Shown in pieces: positions 13,909 through 26,700 of a stretch of 64,000 nt of DNA (position 1 is the stretch's first letter; each line of letters opens with the position of its first letter). Source of the stretch: Antedon mediterranea (Eukaryota > Animalia > Echinodermata); contig NC_092679.1 of NCBI RefSeq assembly GCF_964355755.1, positions 20,071,432 through 20,135,431 of the forward strand, written 5' to 3'. Below the pieces are notes generated by a model. That model saw nothing but the letters and a program-made list of their open reading frames with translations, was not told where the DNA came from and made no database searches. The translations under genes and the position numbers were made by a program.

Positions 13909-13925
13909 CGCCACCTAGAGGCCGG
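13909..13925 (-). promoter_or_regulatory. CTCF-like binding motif
   Basis: Minus strand reads CCGGCCTCTAGGTGGCG, a close match to the CTCF core (CCAC/TYAGRKGGC), inside a higher-GC non-repetitive block (13861-14110). Confidence 0.5.
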
Positions 13926-14928
13926 TGATCCTTAGTCTCTGGCAAAGGGGTCGTTCTAAAGTTGAAGGTCTTTGTCTATACGTGATTGCCGTTAGGAAGA
14001 CTGCCCTGTTAAGTTACATCCCTGGTTAGGATTATATTAAGACTTTTTAGAACTCCCTGATCATTCTGGTAAGACTGCCGACCTGCCGGCGACCGCTTTC
14101 GTAAATATTAATGTTAACAAGGTCATCAATAAACAATCTACAAAAGAATTCCGATGTAAACAATACAAAATAGAGGATGTCGTAGAAAGTGCATTTAACT
14201 ATTTTTACAAATTCAACAAAGAGTCAAATCAAAACATGACAATTTCAAGTATATTATGTTGTCCTTCAAGAAACTTGATACAAATATAATGAAAACATTG
14301 TTGGCTTTTAGAACAAAAGAAAAGTGTGGCGGTAATCACATTTAACATTAATTACAAATTACATTAATAGAAATTACAAATCACCATATTTGTAAAAGAA
14401 TGTATGTTAGTTTTTAATTCAAATATAATATTTATAGCTAATTGGGGGAAAAAATTAAGAAAATGTTTGCCTTTTGAAACAAAAAAGGACAATACAATAC
14501 TACTCATTAAAATTAAATACAGTATAGTACCCTATTCTGGGAACACTCCTATTCTGGGGGAAAATCCCGGAGGCCACACCTGGGGACACTTTAAGGGGTT
14601 ACCAGGGGAAGGGGTTGGGAGTTGAGAAAACTAATAAGAAGTAAGCAGCATAATATTTTTAGCTGTTTTTGCCTCCAAAAACCTTTTCATGCCAAACCCA
14701 TTTATATGGATGTAATTAAGAAATTGAACTTTTGAACAGACAGAATCTTTATTAATAAATTTAGAAGTAAAAAGTTAACATATGGGATGCATCATACTTG
14801 GAAGCATGTTCATCATTCCCTTTCTATATTATCAGACATATTCAATCACTAAAGTTCTGTGGCGGTCTTGAAAGTTACCAGACTTGTAATTCAAAGGTTA
14901 ACAGTTCAAACATATGCTTAAACTCTAT

Positions 14929-15062
14929 AGCTCTGTCTACACTATCAAACTTTATGTGATAAAAAAATGTGATGTGCCCATATATGTCATGTCATATCAC
15001 TATCACATATCTGGACACATCAAACTTTTTTGTCAAACTAGTTTGATAGTGTAGACAGAGCT
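14929..15062 (-). mobile_element. Harbinger MITE family A
   Basis: Both TIRs present (AGCTCTGTCTACACTATCAAAC ... GTTTGATAGTGTAGACAGAGCT). Opposite orientation to the 2107 copy. Confidence 0.85.
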
Positions 15063-16785
15063 TAATATCAGTAAAACCATGTCCCAATCTCAATATTTAA
15101 AAAATGATCAGAATTTTATTGGGAAGGTTTAAAACATTTGAAACCAGGGGCAGATATCTTGCCTACGTTACTAATAAACAGTGTAGAGTGGATGGATTCA
15201 AGCATATGTTAGAACATACAGTCAGGAATAGACAGTTGATGAGAGTATATGTCAGAGGACAACAAATAGCAATCTTTTCTATATATGTATGATCTCCCTA
15301 TACTTGTGACCTACTTTATACCAAGAGTAAAGTTTTATTGAGAGAAAACAAGGTAGTATAATTACAAATGGCGTCAGAGATCTCCCAAAAATAGTTTTAA
15401 CATGCACTGTCTTTTTGGTAAAAACAACTTTACGAATTCAGGACATTTTAAAACGTTTACAGACGATTGAATAAAGACAATCTCAATAATTTTAATAATG
15501 TAACATGAAACTTCTGTTTTCTTGCCTTAAGTCTGGTTTTTCTTTATACCAAAATGTCCTGTTAATTTAAAATCCTTGTATGAAGCACAAATGAATTTAA
15601 AGTACTCCAAAATGATACAGTATTTAGGTTATGAAATATGTGTTGTAATGACAAAATGTAATGTAATAAAATGTATTAATAAAAACAACACAAGTTAATA
15701 ATAATAAATAATACCACATTTATGTATCTTTTTTACTGAGTAAACATTTTAAAATGTGCTTTTTAAGAGTGGTATATTCCACACTTTCTCTCAACAGCAA
15801 AAAAAACATTAAACCGATCAAATTGTTCTACTTTTTGCGAAGTGAAAAATTGCGCAACCAGTCAGAGCTCATGAAATGAGCTATGACACGTTTATGAGCA
15901 CTCATGTGAATAACAAATTTCAGCATACACTCGAACATGAAAATCGCAGCTAGTCGCTCCTGTAGTGGAAAGGGTAGATGAAATGTTGGATTCACGCGAA
16001 AAAATGCACCCAGTGTGATATTGGCTTTAATAGGGCATGATTGGGTGTAGATTTAAACTTACACATTGGTAGCAATTGTCTATATATGTTACCAAATAAA
16101 ACTAAAGCGTTGTCTAAAACACATACATCTGTATTTATCACTTTTTCTAGAATAATAATGTTAGTCTCCAAGAGAGAAAGATACTATAAATGTCAAATAA
16201 ATGACATGCACTACAAGTATCACCTGTTTTGCATAATAAGCCACCTGATAGCATAGCAAACAGGTGGATGTAAATGATGTCTACTAGAAAAACATTTTTG
16301 AACTGTTCTTATTTAACTAAAATAATAATTTGAATTGAATGGTCAATATCAATATTAGTGTGCTAGAATTTATATTTATTATTTCATATTTTCAATGTGC
16401 TTATGATAACAAATTGATGTTGAAAATTAAATTACACAAAATAAATATATATAAAAAAACACTGTATATGTATGTTTTTATCCTTTTGATATAAAAATGT
16501 AATATACTGCTTTACATACTGCAAAGTCCACATAAAAATGTTCCCAAATTGATGTAAAAAAATCCAACAAAGATATCAGTATTAATGTACCTCTTTTGGA
16601 TACAAAGTTCGTAGTGAGTAAAGTAGCAAACTAGTACACAGGATTCAGAGCATATATTTTCTTAACAATTCATGATCTGTGCAAATGTTTTTTTTCTTTT
16701 TATTTCATGATATATCAACAAAGTAGAATTTTCATCAAGCTTTTAGTGTAAGAAAACTAGGATTCCATAGCTAAAAGAACTGCCA

Positions 16786-17575
16786 TCATCAGTGCAAAGA
16801 AAATTACCATTCCTTTATCAGTGCAAGAAAATCGATTCTGCCATCATATGATCAGTGGGAAGAGAAGTGCCATTCCTTTATCAGTGCAAGAAAAAACTGA
16901 TTCTGTCGTATGATCAGCGGAAAGAGAATTTCCATTCCATTGTCAGTGCAAGAAAACGGATTCTGCCATCATATGATCAGCAGAAAGAGAACTACCATTT
17001 CATTACCGGTGCAAGAAAAACAAATTCTGCCACTCTGGAAAGAGCTGCCATATTCTGATCAAGTCCATAACATTTTTATCATTTTTTAAGAGAATTAACA
17101 TTCTGCCATCAGTACAAAGAGAAATGTTAGACTGCCATTGTATTAGTGCAAAGAAAGTTGCCATTTCATTGTCGAGAGAAGAGAGTTGCCATTTCATTGT
17201 CGAAAGAAGAGTTGCCATTTCATTGTCGAGAGAGAGAGTCGCCATTTCATTGTCGAGAGAAGAGAGTTGCCATTTCATTGTCAAGAAAAGAGAGTTGCCA
17301 TTGCATGATAAATTCAACTGTTAGCTCAGGGACTGTCATTTAGTGCAAACAAAGATATAATTCAACAAACAGATCATTAAGACTGTCCATTCTGTCTTTT
17401 ATCACATAACACATTCCAACATCAGTACAGTACAATCAAAGAGAAATGCTATCAATCCTCACAAAGAGAAATGCCATTTAACTCAAATGCAATTCTGGAA
17501 TCAGTACAACGAGAAATGCCATTCTTTATCAGTGCAAGATAGATGCCATTCCATGAACAGTGCAAAGAGATATAC
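16786..17575. repeat. Compound minisatellite downstream of the RPAP1 stop codon
   Basis: Units built on (T)GCCAT...ATCAGTGCAA(A)GAAAA. About 68-bp dimers at 16805-17030, five near-identical 28-30 bp units AGTTGCCATTTCATTGTCGAGAGAAGAG at 17156-17300, and decayed copies up to 17575. Confidence 0.85.
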
Positions 17576-17736
17576 CCATCAATGATTTAAATATTCCCAC
17601 CAATTCTATTTTATGTTGAGTGGACAAAAAAAAAAAATTTAGAGTAAAATGATTTGTGGTGTGTGAATAATCAAAATGAGTATATATTCCGATAATAACA
17701 CTATTGAAATTGCTGATAATTAAAATTTGAACATAC

Positions 17737-20700
17737 CTATGATGTTTGCTGCCCCATGTATGCCTCTTGACCTTTAAAGAGGTCAAATCCAAGAGGTGAT
17801 GACTTGTTAATTCCTTTATAAAGCATAATATGACTCTGCAATGTCTAAAAACAAAAACGTGTATGATTATGTTATGATTAAGTTAAGCATACAGTTTGTT
17901 TGGGATTAAGGGACACCTTCCCATTAAACGAGGAAGGGGATAAATATGTTTTTTAACAATACGGTTAACCCATATTTAGAGGACACATCTATTAGAGGGA
18001 CACTTTGTTGGGTCCTGAAGCAGGTGTCCCCTTAATAGAGGTTCTAATGTATTATCAATCCAGCCTTCTAGTAATATGACAGGATCCTAAACTAAAATAA
18101 TGTACATACTTTGTCTTTCAGCTTCTCAAATCGACTAGTCATCTTTTTCCTACAATTTTTAACATCGTCATTTTCTTGGCCATCATGTTCTCTGAATAGA
18201 AAATGAGCGAGATGGTGGACAGCAATCAGATAGAGCACTGGACACCATGTCTGCCTAACTGTTCCAGTTGCTAGGCCTGTTAAATATATGTTTAGCAGTT
18301 CTTGGTTCGACTCAATGGGATGAAGGAACCCGTCTAGAGGTATGAAGAACTGAAAAGTACAAAAGCACAATAAAAAACAATAACAAATATTAAAATTATG
18401 CATCTCTTTTAATGACAAATTTTGTTATGTTATGGAAGCTGGAGTTATTAGAGCATAACGTCATTCCCCAACACTCCACTTTCATTTTGCTATATATCTT
18501 TATGCAATGTTTTACTGAAATAAATCATTTAGTTATTAAACTTTGTTTTACAGGGGTAGTTACAGCTGTACAACATCAGTACAGTTGACTTGAAGAGGCC
18601 CTCTTAAAACAATACAATAATATACAAATTACATTCAAACATAAAAACATAAAAAAGAGGATTCATAAAAATTATTAAAAAATGTTTAAATTAAATTTTA
18701 AAAAAATAAAAACTTTACCTTGTTTACAGGAATTGATAAGGACCTTGGCACCCCAGAATGTTCACTCCAAATAGCCTTTCTTAGCTGTGAACTAAACCGT
18801 TGCTGTAGGGGTAGAAGAATGGCATGGCCAAATAGGTGGTCTCCAAATGATACTGCTGCAAACTGGGTCAGAAGTGAGATATACCTAGTGGAAACAAGAT
18901 TAAAGCAGATGTATTTGATGAGACTTTTAAATGTGGCAAATGCCAAAAGATGTTCTTTATTTTACCTTGATACTACAAGGACACTGTATGAAAAAGTTGC
19001 ACATCGCAATCTGAACAAATCTAAAAAAGTGCAAGGTTATATACTTACAAGTCTGGAAATGAGGCTACTCCTGGTATTGGAATATTAAAATCTAGTTCCT
19101 GTGGCCAGTTAGGACTGGTGTACATCTTCATCAACTGTGTCAAATATGATCTCACCTGGTCTTCAAAGAATAGGTCATTTCCTTTAAGGTAAATGAAATA
19201 ATAAATGTGAATATTGAATTTGTTAAAGACCAATTTAACCCTACCATGTACCAACACAAATGATAAATTTACCTGTTAAAAACAGACAGAATAGTCGAGT
19301 CATCTTCGCTGCCAGAGGTACAACTTTTAAGTTTTCTCCTCTCCATGTTTCAATTAAGAAAATCCAATGAAGTGAATTGACGATAGTGCTGACAATATGA
19401 GATGGGAATGATTGGACGGAGTTTCCAAGCATTTCACTATAAAGACAGAAAAAAAATAATTTGAGTTTAGACAAAACATTTTAATGCAGTGGTTAAGGAA
19501 TTATTCATGTCAGTGCTGTATCTCCACATACTATAATATATGCCCAGTTAGGAATATTTGATAATACAGCATCTCAAGTGCATGTTTTAAAAACTTGCGA
19601 TTATGTGCATAACTTACGCTGTTTGTGTTTCAGAGTAAAAATGAAGTAGGGGCATAAACATCCAATCTGTCGGCGACAGTTGTCCAGAGTGAGCTGGCAG
19701 TACAAAGTGTTGAATCTCATGTGGAAGGTGGTTCGCTCTTGCCCTTGTAAAAAATGCAAGAAAACTTTATTTACATTATTTCATAAGTTAACAAGGTGAG
19801 GCAGTTAGCAATGGTATTCCCTTGCAGAAAGATATTTTATATATACCAGTATTATTACTATTATTATTATTTCTCTAGTTATTTTTATACACCTACAAGT
19901 CAACGTTTCAATTTTTTTCTGGAAATTACAGCTCAAGTATTGTACGTATGAAATGCCATGTGGGCAAAAACAAATTATGTTGAATTGCCTTCTAGAAACT
20001 AGATGATACTACGAATGACGATGGTAGAGATAGTGATATAGTGAAAGAGATGAGGAAAGTGATGATGGTTTTATAGTGATACTATATACTATACAGATTT
20101 ATAAAGCGCTTTTCCCAAAAAAAGACCAAAGCGCTGTACATCGATTAGAGCAGTATACAAGGACAAATCTAGATTATTCCTAAGGGAATACGCACATTAA
20201 TAGGTAAATGTGATGATGGATGATGGTTGTGGTGATACTAGTGATGAGAGTACCTGGATGCAAATACATCTTTTTCAAGAGTAGAAAAGAACGCCATGTA
20301 AGTGGCTCTAATACTGGCAAGGTTGCTGTATGCATTTTGTAGAAGTTCTCCTCTACTAGCTTCTGGCCCGCTCTCCAGAGCGACGTTCTTAGAGACGGAC
20401 GGCTGCCGAGTGGTGTCGGAAGTTGTTAGGAAATCAGCTAAATCTGCAGCTATAGGATCACCAACCTTTCCTTCACTATGGTTAAAAGAGAATGTACCTG
20501 TAAAGTACTGTACAAGTACATAATAGCAAGTCTAGATTGTAACTCCAATGGTGTCAATATGTTCAATATACAGTGAATGGAGAATCTACTTCACTGTATT
20601 TTGTAACGCAGCCACAAACAGTCAATTGACAAACGGTGGTCATTTTGGAATTAGGAGAAGTTGGTAAAAAGCAACACTGTTAAAAAACTTTACAGTGTGT

Positions 20701-23700
20701 GTTTAAGCTACTCTGTTTAAGATTTTCTTTTTATATTACTTTTACATATCTTAAGCTTGGTTCCCACTAGAACGTAACGCAAGGACGTAAACGCAACGCA
20801 ATCGTTTTAACCAATGACAAGCGAAGTTATAGACAGTTAGCAATCACAAGCAAATAAGCCATTGCTTGTGATTGGTCAATTCACTTTCGTTGCGTTACGT
20901 CGCTAATGGGAACCACGCTTTAAGCTCAGCTCTGTCTACACTATCAGACTAATTTTACAAAAAAAATGTGATTTGCCTGGATATTGTAGTGATATGACAT
21001 TATCGTGTCCATTTTTTTGTCACATAAAGTTTGATAGTGTAGACAGAACCTTACACAGAGCTACTTACAAAGCATTTATTTATTATTTACTTACACTAGA
21101 AAATCTGTGTGAAACAGAACAGCTGATAACAGTTCATGAGCAAGGTGTTCATCTCCCGCATAAAGGCTGGTAAACAAGACTAATGCAACACTATGATAAA
21201 AGTTGCTATGTTGGTGGCAGCTATCAGTTTGCTGAGCCTTCAAGAAAAATCATTTATATTTAGTTGTTTATAACATTAAAGCTCAGGTACTGGCATGAAT
21301 TTTAAATATACTATCTGGTTAATTATACATAAATCAAGTATTGGTAAAAGGAATCAAACGAAAAAACATAAATTTCCCTTAAAATGGTCAAATACAAAAT
21401 TTGGCAAAATTCTGCTATAAAAACCAGAAAGACTTTTTTCAGTAGTTAAATAGTTAACCTAATGTAATAACATGTAAAGCGACTCCCTAGAAGGTGAAAA
21501 AAGATGGTGGCTATACGGTGGATAATTTTTTCTATAGCATGAAAATAAAAATCTGAAGTTGAATAAAAATACCAAAAATGTAATATTCAAGTTATATTAC
21601 CTATATTTAGTCATCTGATAACATTTTTACCACACAGTTGTTTTTCATGGCTTTTTAAAATGCCTCTCTATTTACAAAGTTTGTGTACAAAAGAATAGAG
21701 ATTTTACTGTGTGTGTGTGAAAGTGCTTGTTTTCTACAAGCTCGTGTAAATAAAATCCCAAAAATTATGAGACATAGGGGAAACTATAGATCAATAATTA
21801 TTGGAATGTATGATCAATAGAAATTTTTTTGCTCGCACCTGGCCTTTAAAACAATTTTTTTTTAAATGTACACAGATCTAACAGCGAGATTACAGGATGG
21901 ATAAACTATTTCCTAATGATCATGCTTATAAAGCTACAGTGAGTCTCATTTGAGGCTTAGGGAGAGAAGTCATGAGTCATGAGTTACAACTCTAGTACTA
22001 GGTCAGGATTGAACTCTGGCACTAGGTCAGGATTGAACATTTATCATTAATTCTATTTTACTGTTTTAAAATACTATGTAGATGTAATGTTTAGAATGGG
22101 ATAGAGTGAATTTTAAAAGCTGTATATTAGGAATCAATTCAAACAAACTTATAAAAACATTCTCCGAAAGTAGAAGAATGACTTTATGATAATGAAACTT
22201 GGATTAATGAAACCACCTAGATTGCAAAATCAACATACCACAAAATGATATAACTTTAGTAACCGAAACAAGACATGATGCTCATATCGTGCGAACCAAG
22301 CCGCTGCACAATTTGAACTTGATAACTGCTTTTTGACAATCTTTTCTAAGTAGCCAATCACATGATTGCTTTCAATCACTGCACTGAACTGAAATGAGAA
22401 TACATACTTTCAGAAAAGACAATAACAGTGACTAACTAGGGAATCAACAAAATATCTCCTTAATAGAGCTGTCCCCTGAATAGAGGTTGGTCATAATGTT
22501 AAAACATATATTGCTGCTTGTTCATTTCACAATTGTCCCCATAATAGTGTTTTAAAGGAAGGGTTTTACTGTTTGTGTGTTACTTTTGTTATTTAGTGTA
22601 ACCTTTAAAACCTAGAAATACAGAAGTACTGTATAATATAGTTTGAATACTAATAACGCACAATTTGAATACGCTCTCCAAGAATATTTCAAATTTGAAG
22701 GCATAAAATTCTTCATTCGATAATGAATATTAACTAACCTTTTAAGGTATGAAAATTTCAAATATATAAAAAAGTTTAAAGTTACCTTTGATGCCATGCC
22801 TTTATGTATTTTTAAAAATGTAGTTGCGAGTTTAAATAGAGATCCCATAATTCCAAAGGCTGAGTGTCGTTGTACGCATGGATGAAGTACTAGGTCGTTA
22901 GCCATGTGACAACCAAGGTTTGGTAGTTGACGTATTGACGTTGATTTACTGAGCTTAAAATTACAAGATGAGTGATTCCTACAAGAAAAATTGGTATCTT
23001 TATTTTTCTGTATTTATTGGTAAAAAAGTACAAAGCAACGCTGTAAAATAAATGCTGTTTCCCACTAGGATGTAGTGCAACGACGTAAGCACAATTGCAA
23101 GCAAGTTGACCAATGACAAGCAACGATGCGAATAATCCATCACTTGTGATTGGTCAAATTACTACTTGTATAGTGCTTACGTCCTTGTGTTGCGTGCTAG
23201 TAGGAACAAAGACTATAAATTTATTAATTATTTTCTACCTGAGGTTTAACATAGAAGAATAAAATGCTGATGACGTCATAAATGGAAACAGTGATACATT
23301 TATAAGAACTTCTAAATTTTCTAAACACTCCACTGCATTGTAGGAAGGCTGGAAAACATAAATTAGTCAACCAAATTACCAGTTTTTTATAGTGAAAAAA
23401 AAAGTATTACTACAAAGTAAACAACTACTACTACACTACTGCAACTAAATTTTGAAATAAATATATATTTTACACAAACTCTTATAGACCAGTAGAGATT
23501 TATTGTCCCCCAAAAACATGAAAAATGAGGATTAATTAAATCAGACTTTGAATAAGTTATTGTAGTTATTTTTGGTTTTAATAAAGTTAATCACTTCCGT
23601 AAACAAAAAAAACAAAAAAAATGTTTTCTCATATAAAATGACAAATAAATGGTCAAATTCAACCAAAAACCCACTTGACTATATTTTGCTTTTTTCAGGT

Positions 23701-26700
23701 AAATAATTTTTTGTTTAAAGTGGAAAACTATTATGCTATTATTCAGTGAGAAAAATTAACAAAGGGGATCAGGGCTCGATTTATCTTTTTCATGTTGCTA
23801 GCCCACTGGGCTAGTTCACTGTAGATTTCACTAGCCCATACATTATTTTACTAGCCCACTCTTATTATCGCACCGTGATAGCAGGGCCGCCATATAAATG
23901 AATTCAGGCATTTTGTACAATAGAGGGCGCACTAATCTAAACGCTCGAGAATTGCTAAACATTTACATAAATACTGTGTTATGCGCAATTTGAACGATTT
24001 GCGCAATTTAAAATTGCGCAAAGAATTCTTGCGCAATTTGAAATTGCGCAAGGATTTTCTTGCGCAATATTAAATTGCGCAAGAAAATCCTTGCGCAATT
24101 TCAAATTGCGCTGCACAATTTGTAAATTGCGCAAGATAGTTCTAACTGTTTGTTATTTTTATTATTGTACTCATTTGTTGTTGAAAATGGTACCGAAAGG
24201 TCAATCTTTTTTGTCATTAAATTTAATTTTTAAGTTAAATAGTAAACGTCTAATAATTCGTAATAATTATTGTTTCTAAAAAAAATCCAATCGTTATTAG
24301 TCTTATTAATCGTCATTAGTACTGATATTTGAATTGAAATTATTATATTACTATTGGTATTTATTTATGCCTTCTCCTCATATTATGTGTGAATATGGTA
24401 TTTTATAGAACCATTGGGAATTCGAGATTTTTTTTATTCGTCAAAAAAAATTCGGGAGGGAGGCTCCCGGGAGGGTAAGGAAATGCGATATTATCTTTAA
24501 TTTTGAATCATTCTTAGAAATTACTAACAAAATATGGGTGTGCATGATTTCACAATCTGTCGAAAAACCTTGCGCAATTTGCAGATTACTTGCGCAATTT
24601 AATACGTTGCTTGCGCAATTTGAAACACATGTTTCAATTTATTGAGGTCTTTTTGTTGTTGGGCTTCAACCTAGCCAAGAAAACTAATTAGATTCTGTCT
24701 ACCTTAGGCTAGGCCTAGAGAGCCTATTATTTATAGTAGGGTAGCTAGGATAGACGTAGGCCTACCTAGCCTAGCTAAATCGCATTGGAGCACCTGGCCT
24801 ACTCTACTCAACTGTTACCAAAATGGTAGTATCTAGCTAGGCCTAGCTGCTGAGCAGCCATCACGATGCCAAACGATGGCTTTTGATTCTATCTAGGCCT
24901 ACGGAATACAGGTCAACCCGTACCCATGCCAACTCGTACCCACCAACTCGTACCCAAATTTTGGCTTACTCGTACCCAAAATTTTGGCTGACCCGTACCC
25001 ATCATTGGCTGACCCGTACCCATCATTGGCTAGCCCGTACCCAAGTTTAATGCTATTTAAAGTATATTTATATTACATTTAAACCCAGTTTTATTAAATT
25101 TTTAGATACCAATCACATGTTCGATATTATAATGGCAAAAACTATTGACCTAAAAAGTATAATAATATGTACAGACTCGTACGAAAAAAGCACAGCTTTC
25201 ATCGTATTTGCGTACGTCGTATTTGGTCAAGTTAATACTTGAGGGCGCTGTTTTATATGGCTCTGTGGAAGATGTCAGTGGTCGGCTGTGCTGCATTCTA
25301 TTTTTTTTTCATTTATGAGTTATTCATCTATTATTTTCTACAAATAGTAGTACACGGAAATTGAAATACCCACTGTGATGATGAAAACTTGAATTATTAA
25401 AAGTAAACATGAATATCTTTTATACATAATTTGTATTTTCATTTTATTTTACAGATAATGAAGTAATGTGCTTTTTGAAAATCGTTTTAAAACGAATGTT
25501 TTTTGTTGTTTTGTTTTGCAAGTTTTGGAAATTATTAAACTGTTTTAACATTTCGAAAATATTTAATACATTTTTAAGTAGTCACTCGTATTTTAAAATC
25601 ACGAAACTATTTAAGTGGATACCAGCCTCATTGCTGCTATGAGCATCTTAGTAGTAGATTAGATTATTGCCGTTTATCTAGTATACAATGACGGATGTGA
25701 GAGTAATAATAAAAGGTAACCTCCCAATAATTTAACATTTAATTACAATATTATAACGACGACATTTGCTGTTATTACGTTTTCATTTTATAATGATTAA
25801 GTCTGTATTATTATGACTAAAAACCGAAATAAATACTACAAACTTAAAAAAATCATCTTATCGCTGACAGATACGTAAGTACTCAGACACGTGTAGGTAG
25901 GCCTTCAGAACGTATATTATTTTAGTAAATAAGACGACATCCGTTGCCATGGAAAAATGATCGTAGTTCATTCATTTGTCTTATTTGACACATTATAGAA
26001 TGCGTATTTTTTTTTTAAAGGGAATCCCTCGTCAGCAAAAACACGTAGCTGTAAGTTATTGAGGAAACATTTACCAAAAATGTTTAATTAGGCCTACCGT
26101 AAACAAACAGATAATTTTACTGAATTATTTTAGAAAAAAAATAAATAGAAAACGATCATACGCCACATTGCGTTGTCTATTTTTGGACACACTACAAATG
26201 GACCCGTACAAATGCGTTTTTTTTAAATATTAAAGAGGAATCCCCATTCAGCAAAAACACGTACGTACTAGCTGTTATAGAAGAAAATCTGCCAAAATGT
26301 TTAATAATTGCCTTACAGTACAACAGTACGTGTATATGATCATTTCACTGAATTATTAATAAATAAAATATATGGAAAACGATCATACGTCATTACTGAG
26401 TCGTCTCTTTGACGCCGGCCCTATAAATGCGTGTTTTTTTGTAATAAAAGGTTAATCCCGGTCAGCAAAAACACGTAACACGAAATCTACGAGTAATTCG
26501 ACCTCATAGCCCTGCAGGCTTTTTGTTAATTCAATCAATTTTGAACATACCAATACAATAGAAATAATACAGTAATTACTTGATCGAATGTAATCAGGGA
26601 AGATAATTAGATTAAAATAAAAGAATAAAAACTGATAAGTATAAAATTATACGTTGTTGGTACTTTACCTGGGCTTAATTGAATTGTAATACTAACTATA

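Noticed and set aside
17003-17343. ORFs with repeated LDNEMAT and FHCRE peptides
   Set aside because: Translations of the 28-30 bp minisatellite.
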